A stretch of DNA of 64,000 nt from Burkholderiales bacterium (GTDB lineage: Bacteria; Pseudomonadota; Gammaproteobacteria; Burkholderiales; SG8-39): positions 35,303-99,302 of the forward strand of contig DATAID010000105.1 of NCBI GenBank assembly GCA_036262835.1, written 5' to 3'. How positions within the stretch are numbered: position 1 is the stretch's first letter; the number at the start of each line of letters is the position of its first letter. The notes under the pieces are model-generated. The model was not told the origin of the DNA and ran no database searches. It saw nothing but the letters and a program-made list of their open reading frames with translations. This document shows positions 1 to 12,097 of the stretch, one piece after another. The translations under genes were made by a program, and so were the position numbers.

Positions 1-337
1 TGCGCATGCGACGGTGGTCGACCGCGGCATGCCGCTGCTTTCGCTGGAGGCGCTCGTCTTCAGGCTGACGGGAGCGGCGTTCGTGGTGCTCACGCTCACG
101 TTCGTCGTCGGCATCGCCTACTCGGAGAGCATGGTGGGACGCGCCTTCCGCTTCGACCACAAGACGGTGTTCGTCGTGCTCTCCTGGCTCACCTTCGGGC
201 TGCTGCTCCTGGGGCGGTGGCGCTACGGCTGGCGCGGGCGCACGGCGTTCCGCTGGACGCTCGCCGGCTTCGTCATGCTGATGCTCGCCTACCCGGGCAG
301 CCGCTTCGTGCTCGAGGTCATCCTCGGCCGCCAGTGA
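1..337 (+). CDS. C-terminal fragment of a CcsA/YpjD-like (cytochrome c assembly family) inner-membrane protein; the 5' end lies outside the window
   Basis: Frame of ORF 14..337 is open to the window edge. Hydrophobic multi-TM sequence. Its TGA (335-337) overlaps the next ATG (337-339). Pairing with a CorC-family gene resembles ypjD-yfjD. Confidence 0.5.
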   Translation, partial: AHATVVDRGMPLLSLEALVFRLTGAAFVVLTLTFVVGIAYSESMVGRAFRFDHKTVFVVLSWLTFGLLLLGRWRYGWRGRTAFRWTLAGFVMLMLAYPGSRFVLEVILGRQ

Positions 338-1629
338 TGGAGGCGATCCCGCTCAGCTGGCTCGTCGGCGGGCTGGTCGCGATGCTCGTTCTCGGCGCGT
401 TCTTCTCGATCGCCGAGACCGCGATGATGGCGATCAACCGGTACCGGCTGAAGCACCTCGTCTCGGAGGGCAACAAGGCGGCGGCGCGCGTCGCCGGGAT
501 GCTCAAGCGCACCGAGCGGCTGCTGGGGGGCATTCTCATCGGCAACACGCTCGCGATCACGATCGCGACGACGATCGCGGGACTCATCACGGTGCGGCTG
601 TTCGGCAACGACAGGATGGCCTACCTGCTCAGTCCCCTCGTGGTCGGTTTCCTGATCATCGTTTTCTCGGAGATTACGCCGAAGGTGATCGGCGCCACGC
701 ACGCGGAGCGCGCCGCGTTGCTGCTCTCGCTGCCGCTCAAGTTCACGCTGCGCACGCTCGACCTGCCGGCCTGGTTCGTGAACCTGTTCGTGCGCCCGCT
801 CCTGTGGGCGCTGCGCATGACCCCCGATCCGGACGCGGAGGCGCAAAAGCTCTCGCCCGAGGAAATCCGCACGCTCGTGCTCGAGTCCTCGAGCTTCATG
901 CCGAAGAAGCACGTCTCGATCCTGCTCAACCTCTTCGACCTCGGCGATCTCACCGTTCAGGACGTGATGGTGCCGCGCCCGCGCATCGAGTCGCTCGTGC
1001 TCGAGGAGCCGCTCGAGGACCTCGTGCGCAAGATCTCGACGGCGTATCACATGCGCCTGCCCGTCTTTCGCGATCACGAGGGCGAGCTGATCGGCGTGCT
1101 CCATCTGCGCAGGGCGCTCGGGCTGCTCGCCGCCGGCGGCCTCGACAAGCGCTCCCTCGAGGAACTCGTCGCCGAGCCTTACTTCGTGCCGGCGAGCACC
1201 CCCGCGCTCGCGCAACTCCAGTACCTGCAGGAGCGCAAGGAGCACATCGCGCTCGTGGTCGACGAGTACGGCGAGCTGATGGGTCTGGTGACCGTCGAGG
1301 ACATCATCGAGGAGATCATCGGCAAGTTCACCACCTCGCTCCCCTCGATCGCCCCGCTCCTGTCGTGGGATGCAGACGGGAGCGCGCTCGCCGACGGGGC
1401 CATGCCGGTGCGGGAGGTCAACCGGGCGCTCGGGCTCGAGCTGCCGACCGACGGGCCGAAGACGCTGAACGGCCTCATCCTCGAGCATCTGCAGGACATT
1501 CCCGAGGCCGACGTCGCCGTCAAGATCGCGGGCGTGCCGATGGAGATTGTCCACACGCACGGCCGAGCGGTGAAATCGGTGAGGGTTTTCCGCCCGGTCG
1601 CCCCGCGGCAGGCCGCCGAGGCAACTTAA
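337..1629 (+). CDS. HlyC/CorC-family transporter (DUF21 membrane domain + CBS pair + CorC_HlyC C-terminal domain)
   Basis: Start taken at MEAIPLSWLVGG (ATG 337) inside ORF 217..1629. N-terminal TM region with the ETAMMAINRYRLKHL motif, a CBS-like middle, and a C-terminal TLNGLILEHLQDIPE...G transporter-associated domain. Confidence 0.8.
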   Translation: MEAIPLSWLVGGLVAMLVLGAFFSIAETAMMAINRYRLKHLVSEGNKAAARVAGMLKRTERLLGGILIGNTLAITIATTIAGLITVRLFGNDRMAYLLSPLVVGFLIIVFSEITPKVIGATHAERAALLLSLPLKFTLRTLDLPAWFVNLFVRPLLWALRMTPDPDAEAQKLSPEEIRTLVLESSSFMPKKHVSILLNLFDLGDLTVQDVMVPRPRIESLVLEEPLEDLVRKISTAYHMRLPVFRDHEGELIGVLHLRRALGLLAAGGLDKRSLEELVAEPYFVPASTPALAQLQYLQERKEHIALVVDEYGELMGLVTVEDIIEEIIGKFTTSLPSIAPLLSWDADGSALADGAMPVREVNRALGLELPTDGPKTLNGLILEHLQDIPEADVAVKIAGVPMEIVHTHGRAVKSVRVFRPVAPRQAAEAT

Positions 1630-1727
1630 GGTGACTTTTCTCCTGTTGCGGCCAGAGCTTTGACCCGGCGCTAGAAGTTTTGCAATAGAATCCCTTCTCA
1701 CAGGGGATTCCGGGCAGGGAGAAGGGC

Positions 1728-2948
1728 ATGGCGACTGCGGCGGCTGCGGCAAAGGGCAAGGAAATCACCTTCGTCTGGGAGGGCAAGGACAAGGGCGGCA
1801 AGACCGTCCGCGGGGAGATGCGCGCCACCGGCCAGAACATGGTCGAAGCATCGCTCCGTCGCCAGGGCATCACCGGGGCCAAGGTCAAGAAGCAGGCCCG
1901 GAAAATGGGGGGCTCGGTCTCGGAGAAAGACGTGGCCCTCTTCACGCGCCAGATGGCGACGATGATGAAAGCGGGCGTGCCGCTCCTGCAGGCCTTCGAC
2001 ATCGTCGGCAAGGGCGCGACCAATCCCGCGGTGTCGCGGCTCCTGAACGACATCAAGACCGAGGTCGAGACGGGCTCCTCGCTCGGGCAGGCGTTCCGCA
2101 AGTACCCGCTGCACTTCGACGCGCTGTACTGCAACCTTGTCGCCGCCGGCGAGGCGGCCGGCATTCTCGAGAGCCTGCTCGATCGTCTGGCGATCTACAA
2201 GGAAAAAACGCTCGCGATCAAATCCAAGATCAAGTCGGCGCTCTTCTATCCCGTGTCGATCATCGTGGTGGCCATCGTGATCACCGCGGTGATCATGATC
2301 TTCGTGATTCCGGCCTTCAAGAGCGTGTTCTCGAGCTTCGGCGCGGACCTGCCCACGCCCACGCTCGTCGTCATGGCGATCTCGGACTGGACGGTTGCGA
2401 ACTGGTACATCCTCTTCCCGGCGATGGGCGCCGCGATCTACGGATTCCTGGAAGCGTGGAAGCGCTCGCTCGCGGTGCAGATCTTCATGGACAGGCTGAG
2501 CCTCAAGCTGCCGATCTTCGGCCCGCTCCTGCGCAAGGCCGCCATCGCAAAATGGACGCGCACGCTCTCCACGATGTTCGCGGCAGGCGTGCCGCTGGTG
2601 GAAGCGCTCGACTCCGTCGGCGGCGCCGCCGGCAACGACGTGTACCTGCAGGCCACCCTGCGGATCAAGGCGGAGGTGTCGACCGGCACCGGCCTCACCG
2701 TCGCGATGACCAACGCAAACGTGTTCCCGCCGATGGTGCTGCAGATGTGCTTGATCGGCGAGGAGACAGGCGCGATCGACGCCATGCTCGGCAAGGTTGC
2801 CGACTTCTTCGAGGCCGAGGTGGACGAGGCGGTGGAGGCCCTTTCCTCCCTCATGGAGCCAATCATCATGGTCGTGCTCGGCACGTTGATCGGCGGCATG
2901 GTGGTCGCGATGTACCTGCCGATCTTCAAGCTCGGCGGCGCGGTCTAA
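1728..2948 (+). CDS. pilC: Type IV pilus assembly platform protein PilC (GspF family)
   Basis: 406 aa with a duplicated GspF-type domain. Motifs FTRQMATMMKAGVPLLQAF and FAAGVPLVEALD, C-terminal ...MYLPIFKLG. SD GGAGAAGGG lies upstream. Confidence 0.9.
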   Translation: MATAAAAAKGKEITFVWEGKDKGGKTVRGEMRATGQNMVEASLRRQGITGAKVKKQARKMGGSVSEKDVALFTRQMATMMKAGVPLLQAFDIVGKGATNPAVSRLLNDIKTEVETGSSLGQAFRKYPLHFDALYCNLVAAGEAAGILESLLDRLAIYKEKTLAIKSKIKSALFYPVSIIVVAIVITAVIMIFVIPAFKSVFSSFGADLPTPTLVVMAISDWTVANWYILFPAMGAAIYGFLEAWKRSLAVQIFMDRLSLKLPIFGPLLRKAAIAKWTRTLSTMFAAGVPLVEALDSVGGAAGNDVYLQATLRIKAEVSTGTGLTVAMTNANVFPPMVLQMCLIGEETGAIDAMLGKVADFFEAEVDEAVEALSSLMEPIIMVVLGTLIGGMVVAMYLPIFKLGGAV

Positions 2949-2966
2949 CCCGGGCTGTCGACCGGG

Positions 2967-3842
2967 TTGTCGATTACAGACCTGGGCTGGCTTACCCAGC
3001 CCGCTGTCTTTCCCTGGGTCGCGCTCGCCTTCGGGCTATGCGTCGGCTCGTTCCTGAACGTCGTCATCCATCGACTGCCGGTGATGATGGAGCGCGCCTG
3101 GCGCGCCGACTGCGCGGAGCTCGCGGGACAGGAAGCCCCGAAGCAGGAGCGCTACAACCTCGTCGTCCCGCGCTCGGCTTGCCCCGGCTGTGGCGGCGCG
3201 ATCAAGGCATGGCAGAACGTTCCGGTCCTCTCGTGGATCCTTCTCAAGGGACGCTGCGCGAGCTGCAAGACGCCGATCAGCCTCCGTTACCCCCTGGTCG
3301 AGCTCCTCGCGGGCCTGGGCGCGGGTGCAGCGGCCTGGCATTTTGGCGCGAGCGCTGCCGCGATCGGCGCGACGCTTTTCCTCTGGGTCACGATCGCGCT
3401 CGCCTTCATCGACCAGGCAACCGGCTACCTGCCCGATGACCTCACGCTCCCTCTGGTATGGGCGGGACTGCTCTTCAACGTGGCGGGAACCTTCGTGCCC
3501 CTCGCCGAAGCGGTGACGGGCGCGGTGGCCGGCTATGGCAGCCTGTGGGCCGTGTACTGGGGCTACAAGCTCGTCACCGGCAAGGAAGGCATGGGCTATG
3601 GCGATTTCAAGATGAATGCCGCCGTGGGCGCCTTCCTCGGCTGGAAGGCGCTGCCCCTGGTGATCCTGCTCTCTTCGGTGGTGGGGCTCGTCTTCGGGGC
3701 CGCGCAAATGCTCGCGGCGCGCGGGCGCTGGGACGGCGGCTTTCGCTTCCACTTCGGTCCCTACATCGCGATCGCGGGCGTGATCACGCTCTTCTGGGGG
3801 CGCAGAATCATGGATCTCGTTCCCGCGATCCGCATGCCCTGA
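2967..3842 (+). CDS. pilD: Prepilin peptidase / N-methyltransferase PilD (A24 family)
   Basis: GSFLNVVIHRLP motif, Cys cluster CPGCGG...CASCKT, and GYGDFK aspartyl-protease motif. TTG start at 2967. Confidence 0.9.
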   Translation: MSITDLGWLTQPAVFPWVALAFGLCVGSFLNVVIHRLPVMMERAWRADCAELAGQEAPKQERYNLVVPRSACPGCGGAIKAWQNVPVLSWILLKGRCASCKTPISLRYPLVELLAGLGAGAAAWHFGASAAAIGATLFLWVTIALAFIDQATGYLPDDLTLPLVWAGLLFNVAGTFVPLAEAVTGAVAGYGSLWAVYWGYKLVTGKEGMGYGDFKMNAAVGAFLGWKALPLVILLSSVVGLVFGAAQMLAARGRWDGGFRFHFGPYIAIAGVITLFWGRRIMDLVPAIRMP

Positions 3843-4450
3843 TGGCGTTCGTCGTCGGCCTCACCGGCGGCATCGGCAGCGGCAAGTCGGCGGCCGCCGA
3901 AGCATTCGGCCGGCTCGGCGCGGGCGTGGTGGATACCGACGCGATCGCGCACGCGCTCAGCGGCCCCGGCGGGCCTGCGATCGCCGAGATCCGGCGGATT
4001 TTCGGGCCTCGGTTCATCTCTGAATCGAACGCGATGGACCGCGACAGGATGCGCGAGCTTGTTTTCCGCGACCCCGCGCAAAAAAAGCGCCTCGAGGCGC
4101 TCCTGCACCCGATGATTCGCGCCGAGTCCGAGCGTCAAATCCGCGACTCGACCTCCCCGTATGTCGTGCACGTCGTGCCGCTCCTTGTCGAATCGCCGGA
4201 CTATCGCAAGCGCGTGCAGCGCGTGCTCGTCGTCGACTGTCCCGAGTCGCTCCAGATCGAGCGGGTGCGCGCGCGCAGCGGCCTCGCGCCCGGACAGGTC
4301 GAGGCCATCATCAAGTCGCAGGTTTCGCGGGAGAAAAGGCTCGCTGCGGCGGACGATGTGATCGACAATTCGGGGTCGTTTGACGCACTGCAGCAACAGG
4401 TCGAAACGCTGCATGAAAAATACCTTTCGCTGGCGTCCCCGGCGACGTGA
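3842..4450 (+). CDS. coaE: Dephospho-CoA kinase
   Basis: Begins MAFVVGLTGGIGSGKS (P-loop). ATG 3842 overlaps the pilD TGA by 1 nt. 202 aa. Confidence 0.9.
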   Translation: MAFVVGLTGGIGSGKSAAAEAFGRLGAGVVDTDAIAHALSGPGGPAIAEIRRIFGPRFISESNAMDRDRMRELVFRDPAQKKRLEALLHPMIRAESERQIRDSTSPYVVHVVPLLVESPDYRKRVQRVLVVDCPESLQIERVRARSGLAPGQVEAIIKSQVSREKRLAAADDVIDNSGSFDALQQQVETLHEKYLSLASPAT

Positions 4451-4518
4451 ATTTGTCTAGATAGCGTAAATCACTCAGAATCCGGGCATTTTCGCCCTTC
4501 GGCGAGGCGCGCCTGGCT

Positions 4519-5277
4519 GTGATCACGTACGAGTACCCGCTCAACGAGCGCATCCGGACGCTGCTGCGCTTGGAGGACCTGTTCGAGCGCTCGCGCCACT
4601 TCATCGCGCGCACCGACCCGCTCGATCACCACGTCGCGCTGCTGACGCTCTTCGAGATCCTCGAGGTGGCCGGCCGGGCCGACCTGAAATCCGATCTCCT
4701 GCAGGAATTGGAGCGCCAGAAGCAGGTGCTGCTGTCGTTCCGCAACAACCCCGAGATCTCCGAGGAAGCGCTCTCGGGCGTTCTGCGCGACATCGAGCAG
4801 GCGGCCGCCGCGCTCTTTTCCATGCAAGGCCGCATCGGCCAGTACCTGCGCGAGAACGAGTGGCTGATGTCGATCAAGCAGCGCACCGGCATCCCCGGGG
4901 GCGCCTGCGAGTTCGACCTGCCCTCCTATCACTACTGGCTGCACCGGCCGGCCGAGGAAAGGATCGGCCAGCTCGCCGCCTGGACGAGCCCGCTCTACCC
5001 GCTGCGCGACGGCTCGGCGATCATCCTCAGGATCCTGCGCGAGTCGGGCAAGCCGCAGACCCTCTCGGCGCCGCTCGGGACCTTCCAGCAGATGCTCGGC
5101 GGCAAGACGGCGCAGATGCTGCGGGTGCGCCTCGAGCCGGGACTGCCCTGCGTGCCGGAGATCAGCGCCAACAAGTACGTGCTCAACATCCGCTTCCTCG
5201 CCCAGAACGGCGAGGAGGCGCGCGCCAAGACCGCCGACTGGGACGTCGGCTTCGAGCTGACTTTCTGTAATTTGTGA
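4519..5277 (+). CDS. zapD: Cell division protein ZapD (FtsZ-ring associated)
   Basis: [23 protein letters not shown]-terminus is typical of ZapD/YacF. coaE-zapD-yacG synteny. Confidence 0.85.
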   Translation: MITYEYPLNERIRTLLRLEDLFERSRHFIARTDPLDHHVALLTLFEILEVAGRADLKSDLLQELERQKQVLLSFRNNPEISEEALSGVLRDIEQAAAALFSMQGRIGQYLRENEWLMSIKQRTGIPGGACEFDLPSYHYWLHRPAEERIGQLAAWTSPLYPLRDGSAIILRILRESGKPQTLSAPLGTFQQMLGGKTAQMLRVRLEPGLPCVPEISANKYVLNIRFLAQNGEEARAKTADWDVGFELTFCNL

Positions 5278-5456
5278 CCACGAAGACGGTTCCGTGCCCG
5301 CGCTGCGGGACGCTGTCTTTGTTCGCGCCTGCGAATCCGTGGCGGCCGTTCTGCAGCGAGCGTTGCAAGACGATCGACCTCGGCGCGTGGGCCTCGGAGT
5401 CGTATCGCGTCGCCGGCCCCGGGCAGGGCGACCCGGAAAAAGAGCCGACCGAGTGA
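5274..5456 (+). CDS. yacG: DNA gyrase inhibitor YacG (zinc finger)
   Basis: 60 aa with CPRC...[21 protein letters not shown] overlap with the zapD stop. Confidence 0.85.
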   Translation: MTTKTVPCPRCGTLSLFAPANPWRPFCSERCKTIDLGAWASESYRVAGPGQGDPEKEPTE

Positions 5457-6265
5457 GCGCCAAAGACGTCGATCCGCTGCTGCAGAAGGAAGACGCGGCG
5501 CTCATGGGCTGGACCGAGCCCGCCGAGCGGCTGCGGCTCGCGCTGGCGAAAAACGAGCTCACGCTCTTCTGCCAGCCGATCGCCGCGCTCTCCGGGCCAG
5601 TGCGCTTTCCCATGGCGGAGGTGCTGGTGCGGCTGCGCGAAGAGGAAAAGGCGCTGCTGCCGCCGGGCGAGTTCATCCCCGTCTTCGAGCACTACCGGCT
5701 GATGCCCGATCTCGACCGCTGGGTCGTGCGCGAGGTGCTGCGCCAGTTGAAGCAGGGCCTGCGAATTCCGCGCTTCACGATCAACCTCTCCAGCCAGACG
5801 GTCGACGACCCGGAGTTCGCCAAGGCGGTCGCGCTTGCCCTCATCGAGGCAGGGGTGCCGGGCAAGTCGCTCCTCTTCGAGATCGGCGAATCCGACACGC
5901 TGCAGCGCCTGGAAGCGGCGATCCGGCTCGCCAACGGCTTGCGCGCGGTCGGCTGCGGCATCATGGTCGGCGGCTTCGGCCGGCGCACCGCCACCTTTGC
6001 GCCGCTGAAGGCACTCAAGCCCGATTTCGTCAAGGTCGACGGCGTCATCGTGAGGAAGCTGCTGAGCGCGCCCGCGGTCGAGGACAAGCTGAAGGCAATC
6101 CTGCGCGTGGGCGAGGTGATGGGCTACGCGGTGGTCGCCGAAATGGTGGAAGAGCAGGACATCCTGACCCGGCTCAAGGCGCTCGGAGTCGCGTATGCGC
6201 AGGGCTTCGGCATCCGCCAGCCGCACCCGGTCGAGCTGATCCAGAACTCACGCCCAGCTGCCTGA
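5453..6265 (+). CDS. Stand-alone EAL-domain protein, probably catalytically degenerate (EVL, GGFG in place of DDFG)
   Basis: EAL-domain landmarks QPIA..., AEVLVR, FIPVFE, INLS, FEIGES, VKVD, AEMVEE and AQGFG are present, but the DDFG aspartates read GGFG. The GTG 5453 start overlaps the yacG TGA; ATG 5504 is an alternative start. Confidence 0.75.
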   Translation: MSAKDVDPLLQKEDAALMGWTEPAERLRLALAKNELTLFCQPIAALSGPVRFPMAEVLVRLREEEKALLPPGEFIPVFEHYRLMPDLDRWVVREVLRQLKQGLRIPRFTINLSSQTVDDPEFAKAVALALIEAGVPGKSLLFEIGESDTLQRLEAAIRLANGLRAVGCGIMVGGFGRRTATFAPLKALKPDFVKVDGVIVRKLLSAPAVEDKLKAILRVGEVMGYAVVAEMVEEQDILTRLKALGVAYAQGFGIRQPHPVELIQNSRPAA

Positions 6266-7153
6266 GATCATGGCGAGGCCGTGGGCGCCCGCGCGCCTCG
6301 CTTCGTGCAGGTCGGCGGGACGCAGGCCGCCGATGGCGTAGACCGGGATCGACGCGTGCTCGGCGATGCGCCGGAAGCCGTCCCAGCCGATCGGCTCGGC
6401 CTGCGGATGCGATGCGGTCGCCTTCACCGGCCCGAGCACGACGAAATCCAGGCCGATCGCCATGGCGTGGCCGAGCTCCTGCCCGGTATGGCAGGACGCC
6501 GCGTAGAGAAGCTTCGCCTCGGGACGCGCGCGCAGCGTCATCAGCTGCTCGGCGGTGAAGTGAATCCCGTCGGCCGCCGGCCCGCCGTTGACGAGCACCT
6601 TGGCGCCGTATTGCTTCGCCATGCTGCGGATGACGTAGATCAACCGAGCGCGCTCCCAGTTGTCCTTGTCGCGCACCTGCACGAGGCGCAGCCCTTCCTT
6701 CATGCGCGCCTCGACTCGCGCCAGCTGCTCCGCGGCGCCCAGCGAATGCGCGTCGGTGATCGCGTACTCGAGCGGCAACGCCAGCGAAGCAAGCACGGGC
6801 CCGTTCGCGGGCAGCACCGGCTCGGCGATCGGCGCATCCAGGCGCTGCCAAAGGAGCGCCTGGCCTTCGCGCGCGCGCGGCGCGCCGGACCATTCGATCA
6901 CGCGGAAGAAATGCAGCATCACGGTGGCGTGCTCGTAGACGTGCACGCGCGTGATCCAGGGGTAGGCGCGCGCCACGTCGATGCCGAGCTCCTCGTGCAG
7001 CTCGCGCGCGAGCGCGGTCTGCAGGCTTTCGCCCGCGTCCACCTTGCCGCCGGGGAATTCCCACCAGCCGGCGTAGACCTTGCCGGCGGGGCGCTGTGCG
7101 AGGAGAAAGCTGCCGTCGGGCCGCTCGATCACCGCCGCGACGACTTCAACCAC
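6248..7153 (-). CDS. mutT: Nudix (MutT-like 8-oxo-dGTP diphosphatase) fused to a ThiE/TMP-synthase-like domain
   Basis: Nudix box GGKVDAGESLQTALARELHEELGI, and a C-terminal TIM-like LVQVRDK...YAIGG region. Start chosen at GTG 7153, just after the upstream stop. ATG 7243 would overlap the upstream gene by 88 nt. Confidence 0.7.
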   Translation of the reverse strand: MVEVVAAVIERPDGSFLLAQRPAGKVYAGWWEFPGGKVDAGESLQTALARELHEELGIDVARAYPWITRVHVYEHATVMLHFFRVIEWSGAPRAREGQALLWQRLDAPIAEPVLPANGPVLASLALPLEYAITDAHSLGAAEQLARVEARMKEGLRLVQVRDKDNWERARLIYVIRSMAKQYGAKVLVNGGPAADGIHFTAEQLMTLRARPEAKLLYAASCHTGQELGHAMAIGLDFVVLGPVKATASHPQAEPIGWDGFRRIAEHASIPVYAIGGLRPADLHEARRAGAHGLAMISGSWA

Positions 7154-7155
7154 CG

Positions 7156-8034
7156 CTAAGACTTCTTTGCGTGCCTGCCCGCCCAGTCCCGGGCGAATTG
7201 GTAGGCGACCCTGCCGCTGCGCGAGCCGCGCTGGAGCGACCACTGAAGGGCCTCTTCTCTCGCTTCGGAAATTTTTCTCCTTTCGGAAACGCCAAAGCAG
7301 CCCAGCCAGTGCTCCACGATCTTCAAGTACTCGTCCTGGTCGAACGGGTAGAACGAGACCCAGAGCCCGAAGCGCTCCGAGAGCGAGATCTTCTCCTCGA
7401 CCGTCTCGCCGGGATGGATCTCGTCGCCGACGTACTTGGCCTCCAGGTTCTCGGCCATGTATTCGGGCATCAAATGGCGCCGGTTCGAAGTGGCATAGAT
7501 GAGCAGGTTTTCGGAAGTGGTGGAGATCGAGCCGTCGAGCGCGACTTTCAGCGCGATATAGCCCTCCTCCGCGCCGTGGAAGGAAAGATCGTCGCAGAAG
7601 ACGAGAAACCGCTCAGCCCGGGAGGCCACCGCGTCGACGATGTTCGGCAGGTCGGCGAGATCGCTCTTTTCCACCTCGATCAGCCGCAGGCCCTGCTTGT
7701 GGTACTTGTTGAGCAGGCCCTTCACGATCGAGCTCTTGCCCGTGCCGCGTGCGCCTGTGAGGAGCACGTTGTTCGCGGGCTTGCCGTCGAGGAACTGGCG
7801 GGTGTTCTGCTCCACCTTCGCGATTTGCGGACCGATGCCCTGCAGGTCGGAAAGCCTCATGCGATGCACGTGGCGCACCGGCTGCAGCCAGCCGCCGGCG
7901 GAGCCGCTGCGGCCCCCGCCGCCCTTGCGCCAGCGGTAGGCGATGCTCGCGCTCCAGTCGGTCGGGGCCGGCGGCGCGGGCAGCAGCTGCTCGAGCTTCG
8001 CCAGGAGCTTCTCCAAGTCCTTCGATTGGCTCAT
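7156..8034 (-). CDS. AAA-type ATP-binding protein of the DUF815 family
   Basis: Walker A LLTGARGTGKSS and Walker B-like FLVFCDDLSF. ATG 8034 forms an ATGA overlap with the argJ stop. Confidence 0.7.
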   Translation of the reverse strand: MSQSKDLEKLLAKLEQLLPAPPAPTDWSASIAYRWRKGGGGRSGSAGGWLQPVRHVHRMRLSDLQGIGPQIAKVEQNTRQFLDGKPANNVLLTGARGTGKSSIVKGLLNKYHKQGLRLIEVEKSDLADLPNIVDAVASRAERFLVFCDDLSFHGAEEGYIALKVALDGSISTTSENLLIYATSNRRHLMPEYMAENLEAKYVGDEIHPGETVEEKISLSERFGLWVSFYPFDQDEYLKIVEHWLGCFGVSERRKISEAREEALQWSLQRGSRSGRVAYQFARDWAGRHAKKS

Positions 8035-9221
8035 GTCCGGTATTCGGCGTTGATTTTCACGTAGTCGTACGAAAAGTCGCAAGTCCAGAGTGTCGCCCCG
8101 GCTTTGCCGCGATTGAGCACGACGCGGACGGTGAATTCCGGCTTTTGCATGGCTTTCATTCCCAGCTCTTCTCGATACGCTGGATGCCGGGCGCCGGCCT
8201 TGGCAAACCCCACTTCATCCAGGAACACATCCACCCTGGAAACATCGAGTGGTACGCCGGCATAGCCGATCGCCGCGAGGATTCGCCCGAGGTTGGGATC
8301 GGAAGCGAAGAACGCCGTCTTGACGAGCGGCGAATGGGCGATCGCGTAGCCGACTTGCCGGCACTCCGCGGGAGTACGCCCGCGCTCGACCCGGATCGTC
8401 ACGAATTTTGTCGCGCCCTCGCCGTCACGGACGAGAGCCTGCGCCAGAACTTTCGAGACTTCTGAAATTGTTTTGTGAAGTTCCAGAAGATCCTTTTTGG
8501 TGGAAACCGCCGGACCCTTTCCGGTCGCCATCAAGACATAAGAGTCATTGGTGGAGGTATCGCCATCGACGGTCACGCAGTTGAACGACTCGTTCGCTGC
8601 CGTCTTCACGATTCGATTCAGGTCCGAGCGCGCGAGCTTCGCATCGGTCGCCACGAACCCGAGCATCGTCGCCATCCCCGGCCGGATCATCCCCGAGCCC
8701 TTGGCGATGCCGGTAACCGTTGCCTCGCCGCGCGAGAGCTTGACCTTGCGCGACACCGCCTTCGGCACCGTATCGGTCGTCATGATCGCCTCCGCCGCAT
8801 CGAGCCACGTCGCCTGCTTGAATTGGGCGGCGGCTATCTTGTCGACGGGCAGCTGCTCCATGATGACGCCCGTGGAGAAAGGGAGAATCTGGTCGGGTTT
8901 GCAGTTCAGATCTTTCGAGATCGAACGGCACACGGCAAAAGCACGATCGATCCCTTCCTTGCCCGTTCCGGCGTTTGCGTTTCCCGTATTCACGATCAGC
9001 CCGCGCACGGCATTCTTCAGGTGCTTCTTCGCGAGCGTGACGGGCGCAGCGCAAAAGCGGTTCTGCGTGAAAACGCCCGCCACCGCGGCGCCCGGCGCAA
9101 GCCTGATGACCAGCAGGTCCTTGCGGTTGGGCTTCTTGATGCCCGCCATCGCGACGGCGAGCTCGACGCCGGCGACGGCGAAAAGCTGCAATGGATCCGG
9201 CGGAGCCAGATTGACGGCCAT
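8031..9221 (-). CDS. argJ: Bifunctional glutamate N-acetyltransferase / amino-acid acetyltransferase ArgJ
   Basis: Starts MAVNLAPP..., with the autoprocessing region GMATMLGFVATDA and C-terminus DFSYDYVKINAEYRT. The upstream part of ORF 8031..9842 is low-complexity out-of-gene read-through. Confidence 0.9.
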   Translation of the reverse strand: MAVNLAPPDPLQLFAVAGVELAVAMAGIKKPNRKDLLVIRLAPGAAVAGVFTQNRFCAAPVTLAKKHLKNAVRGLIVNTGNANAGTGKEGIDRAFAVCRSISKDLNCKPDQILPFSTGVIMEQLPVDKIAAAQFKQATWLDAAEAIMTTDTVPKAVSRKVKLSRGEATVTGIAKGSGMIRPGMATMLGFVATDAKLARSDLNRIVKTAANESFNCVTVDGDTSTNDSYVLMATGKGPAVSTKKDLLELHKTISEVSKVLAQALVRDGEGATKFVTIRVERGRTPAECRQVGYAIAHSPLVKTAFFASDPNLGRILAAIGYAGVPLDVSRVDVFLDEVGFAKAGARHPAYREELGMKAMQKPEFTVRVVLNRGKAGATLWTCDFSYDYVKINAEYRT

Positions 9222-9235
9222 ATCCCCCTGCTTCC

Positions 9236-11992
<2,757 letters not shown>

Positions 11993-12097
11993 GATTGAGC
12001 GGAAGGATTCTTTGAATTCCGCGGGAAGACGCTCTAAGCCCGCGAAAAAACGGCGATTTTATCATGCCGCGGCGAGCGCCCCGCCGCGCTGGGCGGA

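Noticed and set aside
1650-1700. Possible sigma-54 promoter (GG...TTGCA) upstream of pilC.
   Set aside because: The GG-to-GC spacing is 14 nt instead of the required 11, and there is no TGGCAC-like -24 element.
289-1752. Long antisense or alternative-frame ORFs throughout the track. Examples: 289..1752(-), 9251..11998(+), 14556..17102(+), 29496..31586(+), 39106..40812(+), 46362..47999(+), 42331..43749(-).
   Set aside because: Their translations are Arg/Ala/Gly/Pro/His-rich low-complexity strings. The opposite strand or another frame encodes proteins with clear family motifs (CorC, SecA, FtsZ/GGDEF, FtsI, etc.). Absence of stop codons in non-coding frames is expected at this GC content.
11993-12097. 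Possible secM-like leader ORF or regulatory element upstream of secA.
   Set aside because: The 105-bp gap has no ORF with a signal peptide or arrest motif. Only the M23 gene 3' flank is there, so there is nothing I can support.
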